DNA of 64,000 nt from Vulcanisaeta sp. AZ3 (GTDB taxonomy: Archaea > Thermoproteota > Thermoprotei > Thermoproteales > Thermocladiaceae): contig JZWU02000001.1 in assembly GCA_000960865.2 (NCBI GenBank), forward strand, positions 39,160 through 103,159, read 5' to 3'. Made by a program: the position numbers and the translations under genes. The notes under the pieces were generated by a model. That model was not told the origin of the DNA, searched no databases, and saw only the letters and a list, made by a program, of their open reading frames with translations. Positions 11,096 to 20,128 of this stretch are shown here, in pieces; position 1 is the stretch's first letter, and every line of letters begins with the position of its first letter.

Positions 11096-11167
11096 GTTGA
11101 TCCCGCAGGTTCTAATAGTGTAGTATTAAGGTTTTTAAGTTGGTTTTTGCCGTGGTTATTCCTAGCA

Positions 11168-11629
11168 ATGTCTTCATCGATACCCGAGTTTCTTAGGACT
11201 TCAGTCAAGGTTAAGGAAGTTGTTAATGATGTAGAGATTGTTTCCTTCAAGGTTCCTCCACATAAGTTCTTCGTTAATGAGGAACTGGCTTACCTAAGCA
11301 TACCTCTTAATATCGATGAGAAGACCTTAGCAAATAAGATTAATGAGCTTAAGCTCGGTAGGAAAACAATAGAGAAGCTCTATGCCATAAGGCTTGATGA
11401 GGAAGCTTGGCATTACCGCGAACTTGAATTACCTGACCTCTATAGTAATAATATTGATGGAACACCCATGGAAGGCAAAGGCAACATTACTTACTCGCTT
11501 TACATTCACATCAATGGTATTGAGAATTTTCTAAAGATCGTTGCCTTCAAATACACGAGTTACATAGAGATTGACGTAATGAGGCTAGCAGGTTATAGGG
11601 GCATTGTTCGCTATTTAATTCACTTCTAA
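11168..11629 (+). CDS. Hypothetical protein
   Basis: ORF filling the gap between moeA and nurA, preceded by TTTTAAG. Confidence 0.6.
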   Translation: MSSSIPEFLRTSVKVKEVVNDVEIVSFKVPPHKFFVNEELAYLSIPLNIDEKTLANKINELKLGRKTIEKLYAIRLDEEAWHYRELELPDLYSNNIDGTPMEGKGNITYSLYIHINGIENFLKIVAFKYTSYIEIDVMRLAGYRGIVRYLIHF

Positions 11630-13059
11630 AGACTCTCAGAATCAGTATCGAACGAGGGATTCAGATCCATGTTAAAGGCTAAGCCAAACCTCCTCTTTGC
11701 AGGTATCTTAAGCTTATCAATGGCTGTCACAGCATATCCCAGGAAATCACTACTCTTGAAATCAGCATATTCATGTGCCAACCATAGGAGGTAATTATAA
11801 TGAATACTATCCCTATACATACTCACCAATATATTTAATTGGTCACTTACGTCTATTTTATCATAGAGTAACTTCCATGGGATTGCATTATCAAACATTG
11901 TCCAATCATAGTATGGGATCTCCACAGCAATGGGTGTGTCATTATTATTGAGCTTTATGTATGTCATTAGTATCCTAGGAAAATTATGCAATGCATTCCT
12001 AACCATATTGAGTTGTTCATCAATACCTATACTCCCATAATCATCAACATCCCTAAGACCAGCACTATCCTCAATCCTATCCCTAACCTGCTTAAGTAAA
12101 TTTTCAACCTGAGTCAAGGACTTATAATTCAAGTAAGCATCCATAGCCCCTATTAAGAGTCTCCTCGTTATACCCTTCCCCAAACCCTGCATCCTGGCCA
12201 ATTCTTCTAAGAACGATATATCAGAAATGGATTGACTAAGAGACATCCTAATTCCCATCCTAATTAAGTCTCTATGCACGCCGTTGTATTCCTTAGCAAG
12301 TGATATGAGTTTATTCCTATAACTCCTTATCCAAACTACACTATACCAATCAATACCCCTATTAAGTATATCTATTAATCCCTTATCAACATTAATAAAC
12401 GGTGCATCATCAAGAATAAACTCCTTTAGGGCATTAAATAATACATAATCCTTATATATCTTAAGCCTTGAGTCCTTAGACACAAAAATAATCTTAACAC
12501 CTAATTCCCTAGCTCTTATGAGAAGCTGATATAAGTTATCGAGAGCCTTGATGACCTCAGGTATGTAGTATAGGTCGAGAAATCCCTTCGTAAGTATTAA
12601 CTCATGTATTAAAAACGTCACCTTGGCATAGAGACTACCATCCATTAATAATGCATCATACTTACCACTCTCAATTGCCTTAAGGGCCACCTCATCCTCA
12701 ATCAAACTCATCAAAACCCACTTCACCATTGGAGTGTATACAGGGACTAGCTTAATGGTTACGTCAGCTATTGGTTCAACACCAACATTATTCACAGCAA
12801 TTGCCCTGGCAACAATAAGAGCACCACCATTCCTAAGCTCAAGCTCTCTAACACCCCCATCAACAGCCACAACCCTAGCATTACCATCAACACCAACCCG
12901 AGGCAACGGCCTCCAGAGATTTTTCGCAGGATTATTCGTACCACCCACATTTACAATATTACTGAGCATCCCCTGCACGCGGTTTACTCGTTCAATGTTA
13001 CTATTGGCGTTAAGCTCCATTAACTTTCTGTAATAAATGCCATAAAATATATCAGTCAT
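11626..13059 (-). CDS. NurA-family nuclease
   Basis: VAVDGG, LLMDGSL, FVSKDS and C-terminal Y.Y.L.LAHEYA motifs. Confidence 0.82.
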   Translation of the reverse strand: MTDIFYGIYYRKLMELNANSNIERVNRVQGMLSNIVNVGGTNNPAKNLWRPLPRVGVDGNARVVAVDGGVRELELRNGGALIVARAIAVNNVGVEPIADVTIKLVPVYTPMVKWVLMSLIEDEVALKAIESGKYDALLMDGSLYAKVTFLIHELILTKGFLDLYYIPEVIKALDNLYQLLIRARELGVKIIFVSKDSRLKIYKDYVLFNALKEFILDDAPFINVDKGLIDILNRGIDWYSVVWIRSYRNKLISLAKEYNGVHRDLIRMGIRMSLSQSISDISFLEELARMQGLGKGITRRLLIGAMDAYLNYKSLTQVENLLKQVRDRIEDSAGLRDVDDYGSIGIDEQLNMVRNALHNFPRILMTYIKLNNNDTPIAVEIPYYDWTMFDNAIPWKLLYDKIDVSDQLNILVSMYRDSIHYNYLLWLAHEYADFKSSDFLGYAVTAIDKLKIPAKRRFGLAFNMDLNPSFDTDSESL

Positions 13060-13198
13060 TATCCACTAACAAGCATGTATTGTAAATTTAATAGTTTTTG
13101 CTTATGAAGATTACCCTTGAGCTAAATGAAAGTTTGAGAGACTTGAGGAAAAGTAAATATTTATTAGCTAGGGAATTCATGAAGTTTGGTCATTTATT

Positions 13199-13957
13199 AT
13201 GGATATGAAGTACATATATGCAGTGATTGGCGTGGTGATCGTGGTTGCCGTCGTAATAAGTATTTTCTTCGTGCCAAAGATTATAAAGCCCACGGGTCCA
13301 AGTTTTAATGAATTCCTTATCAAGACTAACGGCAGCACCTATACGGCCAACTATACCTATTATATTTACTATAACATGGCTGGTCGTATAAATACTGAGA
13401 GTTATTTAATACTCTACAGTCAGGAGAATCTCACAGACAGATACATAGTGGTTAGGAACATAGCTCAACCTCAAATGAGCCTATACATAGTGATGACAAA
13501 GCTAAGTAATGGAACCTTAATGCAGTGTATAGCAGAACCTTTGTCTTCAGGTTGTTCTCCAACAAATCAAACCTTCAACCTCATATCCCTAATACTACCG
13601 GTAATTAATGCATCAAGCTTTAACTACGTAGGAATGCAAAAATTGTTAAACCAAAACACCTACTGCTACATGTATAGAAATACGACTGCCCTGGGTTATG
13701 TCATACCAAGTATGGCGCAGTATGGGCTTGGTTCATTACCCGTCAATTTCACTGAGGAGGCTTGCATTACTAAGAGTGGCGTACCATTAATGATTAAGTT
13801 AAGTGCGTACACAACATTGAGCGTAAGTGGTTTATCAGCACCATTTAACATAACACAAACATTAATTGCGACGAGTATTGAGAACGGAGTCTACCTAAGT
13901 AACAATGCAACTCTGTTATTGAAGTACTTAGGTGTTAATGCAACTAGTTCAGGGTGA
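13199..13957 (+). CDS. Membrane-anchored secreted protein
   Basis: N-terminal TM helix, many N-x-S/T sequons, four Cys; resembles 29929..30693. Confidence 0.7.
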   Translation: MDMKYIYAVIGVVIVVAVVISIFFVPKIIKPTGPSFNEFLIKTNGSTYTANYTYYIYYNMAGRINTESYLILYSQENLTDRYIVVRNIAQPQMSLYIVMTKLSNGTLMQCIAEPLSSGCSPTNQTFNLISLILPVINASSFNYVGMQKLLNQNTYCYMYRNTTALGYVIPSMAQYGLGSLPVNFTEEACITKSGVPLMIKLSAYTTLSVSGLSAPFNITQTLIATSIENGVYLSNNATLLLKYLGVNATSSG

Positions 13958-14015
13958 TTAATTTATTAACAATAACGATTTCTTTAAAAAGTAGCTATTC
14001 CTTGTATGAGGTGAC

Positions 14016-14786
14016 GTGAGCTCAATAGGTGTAGAGATATTCATACACCCAACATGTACCACATGCCACACATTGCTAAGGCTACTGAAGCAATGGGGAT
14101 ACTTAGATAAAGTTAGGATAATAGACACGTCAAGAGACCCTTATGTAGCACTTGAGAGAGGAGTTAGGTCTGTACCAAGCATATTCATAAATGGTGAACT
14201 CCTCTTCGCGGGTATAGTGGATTTCAAGAGACTCAAGGCAATACTTGATGGCGAGTATTCAAAGGAGACCATTAATGGTGACCTGAGAGAGCTTGAAGAT
14301 ATGTTCTTTAAGGGTGTTTTAGATAGTGTAGCTACAGCCCTATGGTTATACATTAATGAAGATTGCAACGCCTTCCTGAGGGATAGGGATTTCGTAATGG
14401 CAATAACGAATCTATCAATATTTGGAAATAGAGAGGAGTTGTACGAGAAATTAAGTAAGTATTTGAGTGAGCCGGTGAATTGTAGGGAGGCGATTAATAA
14501 GAGGGAGGAGAGATTTCTCGCCGTCATAACTAGGAACTTCGCTAGAGAAATTTACTGGTTACATAATAAACCCTTAAGTTGGAGGGAGGTCTCGAAGTTG
14601 TACTCAAGAGAGGTCATTGCGCACTGGATGATTGTAAGATCGGCTTTGGGCCGCGTTGGGTTAAGAACACACTCGTTGGATGAGGATGGCTTTAGGAAGA
14701 AGGTTGGGAGGGTTTATGATTATATGGGGAATGTGTTCGATGAGTTCATGAAGCAGGTGGTTGATGAACAGTTTCAGTTACGTTAA
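14016..14786 (+). CDS. Thioredoxin/glutaredoxin-domain protein
   Basis: HPTCTTC (CxxC) and SVPSIFING cis-Pro motif. Confidence 0.8.
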   Translation: MSSIGVEIFIHPTCTTCHTLLRLLKQWGYLDKVRIIDTSRDPYVALERGVRSVPSIFINGELLFAGIVDFKRLKAILDGEYSKETINGDLRELEDMFFKGVLDSVATALWLYINEDCNAFLRDRDFVMAITNLSIFGNREELYEKLSKYLSEPVNCREAINKREERFLAVITRNFAREIYWLHNKPLSWREVSKLYSREVIAHWMIVRSALGRVGLRTHSLDEDGFRKKVGRVYDYMGNVFDEFMKQVVDEQFQLR

Positions 14787-14807
14787 ACCCTCATTAATTC
14801 AATTGAA

Positions 14808-16517
14808 TCACGTGGTTAGGTACTTAATTACATCCTCACTTAATACGCCTCTTAATTCATTAATGTCCTTAATGGGCTTTCTACTCATGATCTCATTTAT
14901 TGCAACCTCAGTAATTCCAGGTACGTACTTAAGTAATTTCTTTGACGCCTCATTAACATTCAGGGGATATGGTATCCCAATTACAGACCTAAAACCATGC
15001 TCCACAACCACAAAATCCATCCACTTACCTAACTCTACCCTGGCTGGTACATATATGAGGATTGGGTATGAACCAACCTGCCTAGCATATGTCCCATCAC
15101 CATAATGCGCCTCTGTGAATGCTCTCTTAATCACCATACCCTTGGGCATAACTCTCTTGAGCATTTCATGATCAAAGTGCCTCCTAACCCAATACTTAAA
15201 GGCCAAGAAGTATTTCCTATGCTTCCTCAGTAATTGCCTAACATCATCAGCCATACTCCACAGAGGCGTTGGTTGTAACACCAAGACTTGCCTAATATTA
15301 ACCCTCCTAACCCAAACATCATCACTCAACAACCTCTTAAGAAACTCAATATTCAACCTAAAGGTCTCCCTAGTCTCACCAGGCAGGCCAACCACAAAGT
15401 TTATCCCCGGCAAGAACTCAGGCAATCCATTCCAACCCCTAACCCTGCCTAACTCACTTATCGTCTTAATGGCGAAATAAGCCTCTTCTGGCATGACCTT
15501 TAAATTATTAAGCTTAACAACCCTTGGATCAGCAGTCTCAAGTCCCATGGCGGCCACATCCCCCGGCGTATGATACTTCATCAAGACCTTAGTAACCTCA
15601 ATGCTTTCTCTAGGCCAGTGATATATTGTGCCAGGATTAACATTATCTATATGCAGAGTCTCTAGATCAGGAGCCACACTCCTAATACCAACCAATAACC
15701 TCTCGATTGCGCTAGGATTAGGCCTTGGGAAATCCAGCTTACCTGTGTCATGAGCCATGTACGTGTAAAAATCAGCCTGCCTACCAAGTCTGAAATGCCT
15801 AGCGCCAAGACCATACAAAGCCTCAACCTCCCTAACAATGGCCTCTACCTCTCTATACTTAACCGGACCATACCTAACCGTGGCACAGAAGGAACATCCA
15901 CCAGTTATGTATCTCGGGCAGGACTTATACGTCTCAAGCTCAATTATTAAATTCCTACCATAATTTGGATGCTGCTGAATTATTCGTGCACCAATCACTG
16001 CAAATTCATTAATTAATCTATAATCACTATGTGTCATGGCTGGTGAAACCTTCGATACTTGATAATTACTCCTAATTAATTCATGAATCACTAAATCCAA
16101 ATCGCCAGTAACGATTAAGTCATAATACCTCCTAAAGTGGCTCCTCGGTACTGCAATTGTACCTCCAGTAATACCATAACCAAACCTAGCCACAGGCCCG
16201 CCCAACACCTTTATTGGTGAGCTCACTAGAGTTGCAATCCTCTCAATCTCCTCAAGCTTAATAGGCTCACCACCTAAGTACTTACCAGGCGTAACTATAC
16301 CTGCAATAACTACGAGGAGCCTCGCCTCATTAGCCACCTTAACAAATTCACTCCAGGAGGACCTGGCTTGGTCTATCGTAAAGTACCTAATATCTATTGA
16401 ATTATCAACACTCCAAACAGCACCTGCAACATACCTAGCATACACATCTAGGTAAGGTGGAACACCAAGGCCTGCAGGTTCATCCGTATAACCATCTAAT
16501 ATGACAACTCTATCCAT
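14808..16517 (-). CDS. Radical SAM protein with TRAM-like and C-terminal helix-hairpin-helix domains
   Basis: DGYTDEPAGLGVPPY, CPRYITGGCSFC, LNVNEAS..LL.YVPGI; start at ATG 16517. Confidence 0.85.
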   Translation of the reverse strand: MDRVVILDGYTDEPAGLGVPPYLDVYARYVAGAVWSVDNSIDIRYFTIDQARSSWSEFVKVANEARLLVVIAGIVTPGKYLGGEPIKLEEIERIATLVSSPIKVLGGPVARFGYGITGGTIAVPRSHFRRYYDLIVTGDLDLVIHELIRSNYQVSKVSPAMTHSDYRLINEFAVIGARIIQQHPNYGRNLIIELETYKSCPRYITGGCSFCATVRYGPVKYREVEAIVREVEALYGLGARHFRLGRQADFYTYMAHDTGKLDFPRPNPSAIERLLVGIRSVAPDLETLHIDNVNPGTIYHWPRESIEVTKVLMKYHTPGDVAAMGLETADPRVVKLNNLKVMPEEAYFAIKTISELGRVRGWNGLPEFLPGINFVVGLPGETRETFRLNIEFLKRLLSDDVWVRRVNIRQVLVLQPTPLWSMADDVRQLLRKHRKYFLAFKYWVRRHFDHEMLKRVMPKGMVIKRAFTEAHYGDGTYARQVGSYPILIYVPARVELGKWMDFVVVEHGFRSVIGIPYPLNVNEASKKLLKYVPGITEVAINEIMSRKPIKDINELRGVLSEDVIKYLTT

Positions 16518-16679
16518 TAACAAACCATAAACAAAACACGCCCTAAAATACCTTAAATCATAGAAAATACAAAAACATGAAACGCCCATCCCTAAAGACC
16601 ACACCTCATGCCGTATAACACGAGGATTAACCGAACTAAGCCTTATCCTACAATTAAGATTATTTTGTAAGTGGGAGAG

Positions 16680-17288
16680 TTATGAGTGTAATATGGTTGT
16701 TATGTAGTTTGTGACGCCCGCGAGTATCATACCTATAGCCAGGGCTGCGATTATTAAACTCATGAACCTACCAAGCACCTTCATAAAACTACTACCCAAA
16801 AGTCTAAGAAGCGGTTGGGAAAACCTAATAATGATATAGGTAATACCTGCACTAATTAAGGAGGCTATGACCACCTCATATATTGGATATATAGCAGAGA
16901 AGAGAATAAGTTCAGTAATCGTACCCGGGCCTACAAGCAACGGAGTCACCACAGGGACTAGGGCGAGTTCCTCAGGCCCAGCACCACTACCAACCCTTGG
17001 ACTCCCTGTTATGAGAGTTTCAATAGCCACGGCCATTAATAAAACCCCACCAGCAATCCTAAAGGCATCAAGGTTAACATCAAGCCCTTGAAGTATATAC
17101 CTACCACCCACCGCAAATATTATCATTAGCACAGGCACGGAGACACCCACAACTCTGTAAATCCTCAATAACTGCTCCCTCTCAATGTTTATTGTGAACA
17201 TGGCAAGCGTTGGTATGGCACCCACTGGATTCAGTATTGCTATTAATTGGCCGGTCATCAATAGTATATTCATCACGGGAGACTCCAC
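16680..17288 (-). CDS. MarC family membrane protein
   Basis: LNPVG, FRIAGG and P.VTPLLVGPG motifs. Confidence 0.9.
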   Translation of the reverse strand: MESPVMNILLMTGQLIAILNPVGAIPTLAMFTINIEREQLLRIYRVVGVSVPVLMIIFAVGGRYILQGLDVNLDAFRIAGGVLLMAVAIETLITGSPRVGSGAGPEELALVPVVTPLLVGPGTITELILFSAIYPIYEVVIASLISAGITYIIIRFSQPLLRLLGSSFMKVLGRFMSLIIAALAIGMILAGVTNYITTILHS

Positions 17289-17342
17289 GATAATAGTTTA
17301 GGAAAGAATCCCTTTAAAAACTGAGCATTGCCGATTATTTTT

Positions 17343-17390
17343 ATGATGACGAATCTGGGACTGATCAATGAGGAGGAGCATCCATGCTGA
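17343..17390 (+). ncRNA. C/D box methylation-guide sRNA
   Basis: ATGATGA-cgaatctggga-CTGA-tca-ATGAGGA-ggagcatccatg-CTGA: C, D', C', D boxes with 11-12 nt guides. Confidence 0.88.
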
Positions 17391-17660
17391 TCCTGCCTCC
17401 TTGTTGGGGCGGGTTTTTGCTGGAGGTCTTGAGCGTTACCCCTTGATGGGGGTTACTCTGTTTATGGTTATCAGGTACGAGAGGTGTTTCTTTAGGTTGC
17501 GGACTACGACCTTGGCCCTAAGCCTCATTATGTTCAATGTGCCGTTAATATCACTGCGGAGCTTGTGGCACATGGGACAATTCGCTACTCCCCCCAGGCC
17601 TTCTCATCGCTTCTACTTCGTGGAGGCACAGACTCTAGACGTGCTGTACTCCAAAATCAC
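17391..17660 (-). pseudogene. tnpB: Degenerate TnpB (IS200/IS605) C-terminal fragment plus putative right end
   Basis: Minus strand reads EYSTSRVCA / HEVEAMRRPGG / VANCPMCHKLRSDINGTLNIMRL...RVTPIKG* across two frameshifts (Zn ribbon + RuvC-III D.NG..NI); GC-rich palindrome at 17392-17413. Confidence 0.8.
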
Positions 17661-17692
17661 GTATTTAAAGAACTAGGTCTACAACCTTTTTA

Positions 17693-17742
17693 TCAGCATG
17701 GATTGCGATCGCCATAAATCCGCCCGGTCCGTAACTCATCAC
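17693..17742 (-). ncRNA. C/D box methylation-guide sRNA
   Basis: Minus strand GTGATGA-gttacggaccggg-CGGA-ttt-ATGGCGA-tcgcaatccatg-CTGA. Confidence 0.78.
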
Positions 17743-17777
17743 CATCAATAATTATAAGAGGACTTGTAATTAATCCC

Positions 17778-18929
17778 TTACTCTCCACCGTACTTCTGAC
17801 GAAGAATCCTGGCAGCCTCAACCATGGACCTGATCTTAGAGAAGGCAATCCTCCTCTCAAACTTCCTATACATACCTGGCGCAAAGCCACAGTCTGGGTT
17901 TATCCAAATTCTCTTGGGGTCGATAACCTTCACGATTCTCTCCACCCTAGCCACAACGGTCTGTGGATCCTCAATCTGCGGGTTCCTAACATCTATTGAG
18001 CCAAGCCCAATCTCCTTATCGCTAGGCATCATACTTACAAACTTAGCCGGGTCACCACTACCTGGCGATGCGTACTCAAGGACGTACTGCTTAACCTTTA
18101 CATCAAAAACCTCAGGCGCTAACCTCTCAAAGCCCTGTCCATAGAATGGTGAGTCTGGGTTTGGCCACCTATCCATATGCATGCCGATCCTAACGCCATC
18201 GATCCCCTTAATCGTCTCATTAACCAAGTCCCTGGCTAAGTAAAGCTCGTTCTTAAACCCCCTATACTTCTGCCCATGGATTAGCTCCAGGACCCTCCTA
18301 TACCTGTCAGGCTTATCCTCCGTAGCCTCCACTAGATCACCGAGCATCGGCTCATCAAGCTGTATAAAATCAACGCCCGCATCCCTAAGTCTAATGATCT
18401 CCTGCCTAAGAACCTTTGAGTATGCCTCAGCAAGATCCTCAGGCCTTGGATATACTTGCTTCGAGAGCTCGTGATGCCAAGTCTCCCACATAATTAGGTA
18501 TGGGCTTGGTAGTGTTACCTTAATCCTCCTCGTGGTTGTTGATTTTGTAAATTGAAACTCATCAAGAGCTATCACTGAATCCCTAATCTCCTCAACAGGC
18601 ACAGCCCTCCAATAAGTTATTTGAGCCTTGAGCTGTTTAATTATGTCTAAGGCATTAGGGTTCAATTGAGTTATGTAAACAAGCTTAAAGCCAGGTATTT
18701 TTTGACCCACGAATGATACAAAACTAGTCCTCCTCTGCTCACCATCAGTAATTACATCAAGACCCGTGAGTTCCTCCTCCTTAATAGTTAACTTAACAGC
18801 ATCATCAACCAACTCATCAAACTCCTCCTTACTCAATTCACCCTTGTTAAACTTATCGAAAGTCTCTATTAACCACTTAGGCCTTGGGAAAGACCCAACC
18901 ACACTTGTTGTGAAGATTTCCTCAGGCAT
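17778..18929 (-). CDS. Cobalamin-independent methionine synthase catalytic-domain (MetE core-like) protein
   Basis: VVGSFPRP, TDGEQRR, IQLDEP and WINPDCG motifs; start at ATG 18929. Confidence 0.82.
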   Translation of the reverse strand: MPEEIFTTSVVGSFPRPKWLIETFDKFNKGELSKEEFDELVDDAVKLTIKEEELTGLDVITDGEQRRTSFVSFVGQKIPGFKLVYITQLNPNALDIIKQLKAQITYWRAVPVEEIRDSVIALDEFQFTKSTTTRRIKVTLPSPYLIMWETWHHELSKQVYPRPEDLAEAYSKVLRQEIIRLRDAGVDFIQLDEPMLGDLVEATEDKPDRYRRVLELIHGQKYRGFKNELYLARDLVNETIKGIDGVRIGMHMDRWPNPDSPFYGQGFERLAPEVFDVKVKQYVLEYASPGSGDPAKFVSMMPSDKEIGLGSIDVRNPQIEDPQTVVARVERIVKVIDPKRIWINPDCGFAPGMYRKFERRIAFSKIRSMVEAARILRQKYGGE

Positions 18930-18979
18930 TAGGTGCCAAGTATTTAGTCTATTTAAAGCATTACTCGTGAACCCAAGGA

Positions 18980-20068
18980 TTAAGGCCCTGGCAAACCAGC
19001 CACCTTGGGATATGGCCTTGCCTCCCAAACAGCCCTCAATCCGCAAATATACCTTGTTAACCTCTCAACACCAATGCCAAAGCCTGCTGTTTGTAATGGG
19101 TAGAATTCCTTAAGCATCATTAAGAACCACTTATACTTATTCGGGTCCTCACCACTCTCCCTTATTCTAGCAATTACCCTGGCAGGCTCATACTCACGCT
19201 CAGCACCACTAATAGCTTCACCAAAACCCTCTGGGTAGAGCATGTCGAAATCCCTCAATATACCAAGCCTCTGTGGATCCTCCCTATCGTAGAATCCCCT
19301 AGCCCCCTTGGGGTAATCAATGATGAAGAGGGGATTCTCATGATATGCAGAGAGTAATTTCTCACATTCCCACCTAATCTCAGTGTTAAGCGGGTTCTTA
19401 CAACCAAGTTCATTAACGAGCTCCACAGCCTCCTTATGAGTATACCTCCTGAAGGGCTTCTTGAACTCAGGGAGCTGCCTATTAAGCTTCGTCTCGAGCT
19501 CCTTACCATGTTCCTCCCAAACACGCTTAACAACATGTATTAACATGTCCTCAGCCAGGTCCATAACATCATTATAGGCGGCCCCATAGACCTCAAGATC
19601 AAGTTGATAAAACTCCACCAAATGCCTACCCGTGAAGACACTATCGTTAGGCTCAAACCTAATGTTTGGACTTAAAAAGTAAATCTTGCCCAGGGATGCA
19701 GTCATGTACTGCTTGTACAGTATTGCCGAGGACATTACCTTATACTCCATGCCATAAAAATCAACAGTGGCTTGTTTAGCACCCCTAATCCCTGGATCCG
19801 TAACAGGACCAATTATTGGCGCCAGAACCTCCGTGAACCCCCTCGAATTTAAGAACTCCCTCAAGGAATCTACTATTGTAGACTGAACCCTAAAGACCAA
19901 CTTGTACTTCTCATCCCTAGCCCACCTCCATGAATACCCAACCCACTCCTTAAGGAAGTCCAGGTACTCATCATGGTTCAAGACCATCTTCTCAAACTCT
20001 AAAACAGCCGGATGAAAGTAAGGTTCTTTTCTCTCGGGCCGCTTATCCATACACTCATTGCGGCTCAT
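18980..20068 (-). CDS. Archaeal asparagine synthetase A (AsnRS catalytic-core paralog without anticodon domain)
   Basis: SPNIRFE, RHLVEFYQLD, EAISGAERE and AGFGIGVERL class IIb motifs; no N-terminal OB fold. Confidence 0.85.
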   Translation of the reverse strand: MSRNECMDKRPERKEPYFHPAVLEFEKMVLNHDEYLDFLKEWVGYSWRWARDEKYKLVFRVQSTIVDSLREFLNSRGFTEVLAPIIGPVTDPGIRGAKQATVDFYGMEYKVMSSAILYKQYMTASLGKIYFLSPNIRFEPNDSVFTGRHLVEFYQLDLEVYGAAYNDVMDLAEDMLIHVVKRVWEEHGKELETKLNRQLPEFKKPFRRYTHKEAVELVNELGCKNPLNTEIRWECEKLLSAYHENPLFIIDYPKGARGFYDREDPQRLGILRDFDMLYPEGFGEAISGAEREYEPARVIARIRESGEDPNKYKWFLMMLKEFYPLQTAGFGIGVERLTRYICGLRAVWEARPYPKVAGLPGP

Positions 20069-20128
20069 CAAATACTTTTAAAGTTGCCTCAAAAATTGCC
20101 AAGAAATCCAGAGAAGATTAAGGCAATA

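Noticed and set aside
13104-13146. Weak C/D-like pattern, or short ORF MKITLEL...
   Set aside because: All boxes degenerate; the ORF runs through the next gene's promoter and has no support.
17368-17676. 102-aa + strand ORF
   Set aside because: Overlaps a C/D sRNA and is the antisense of the TnpB relic.
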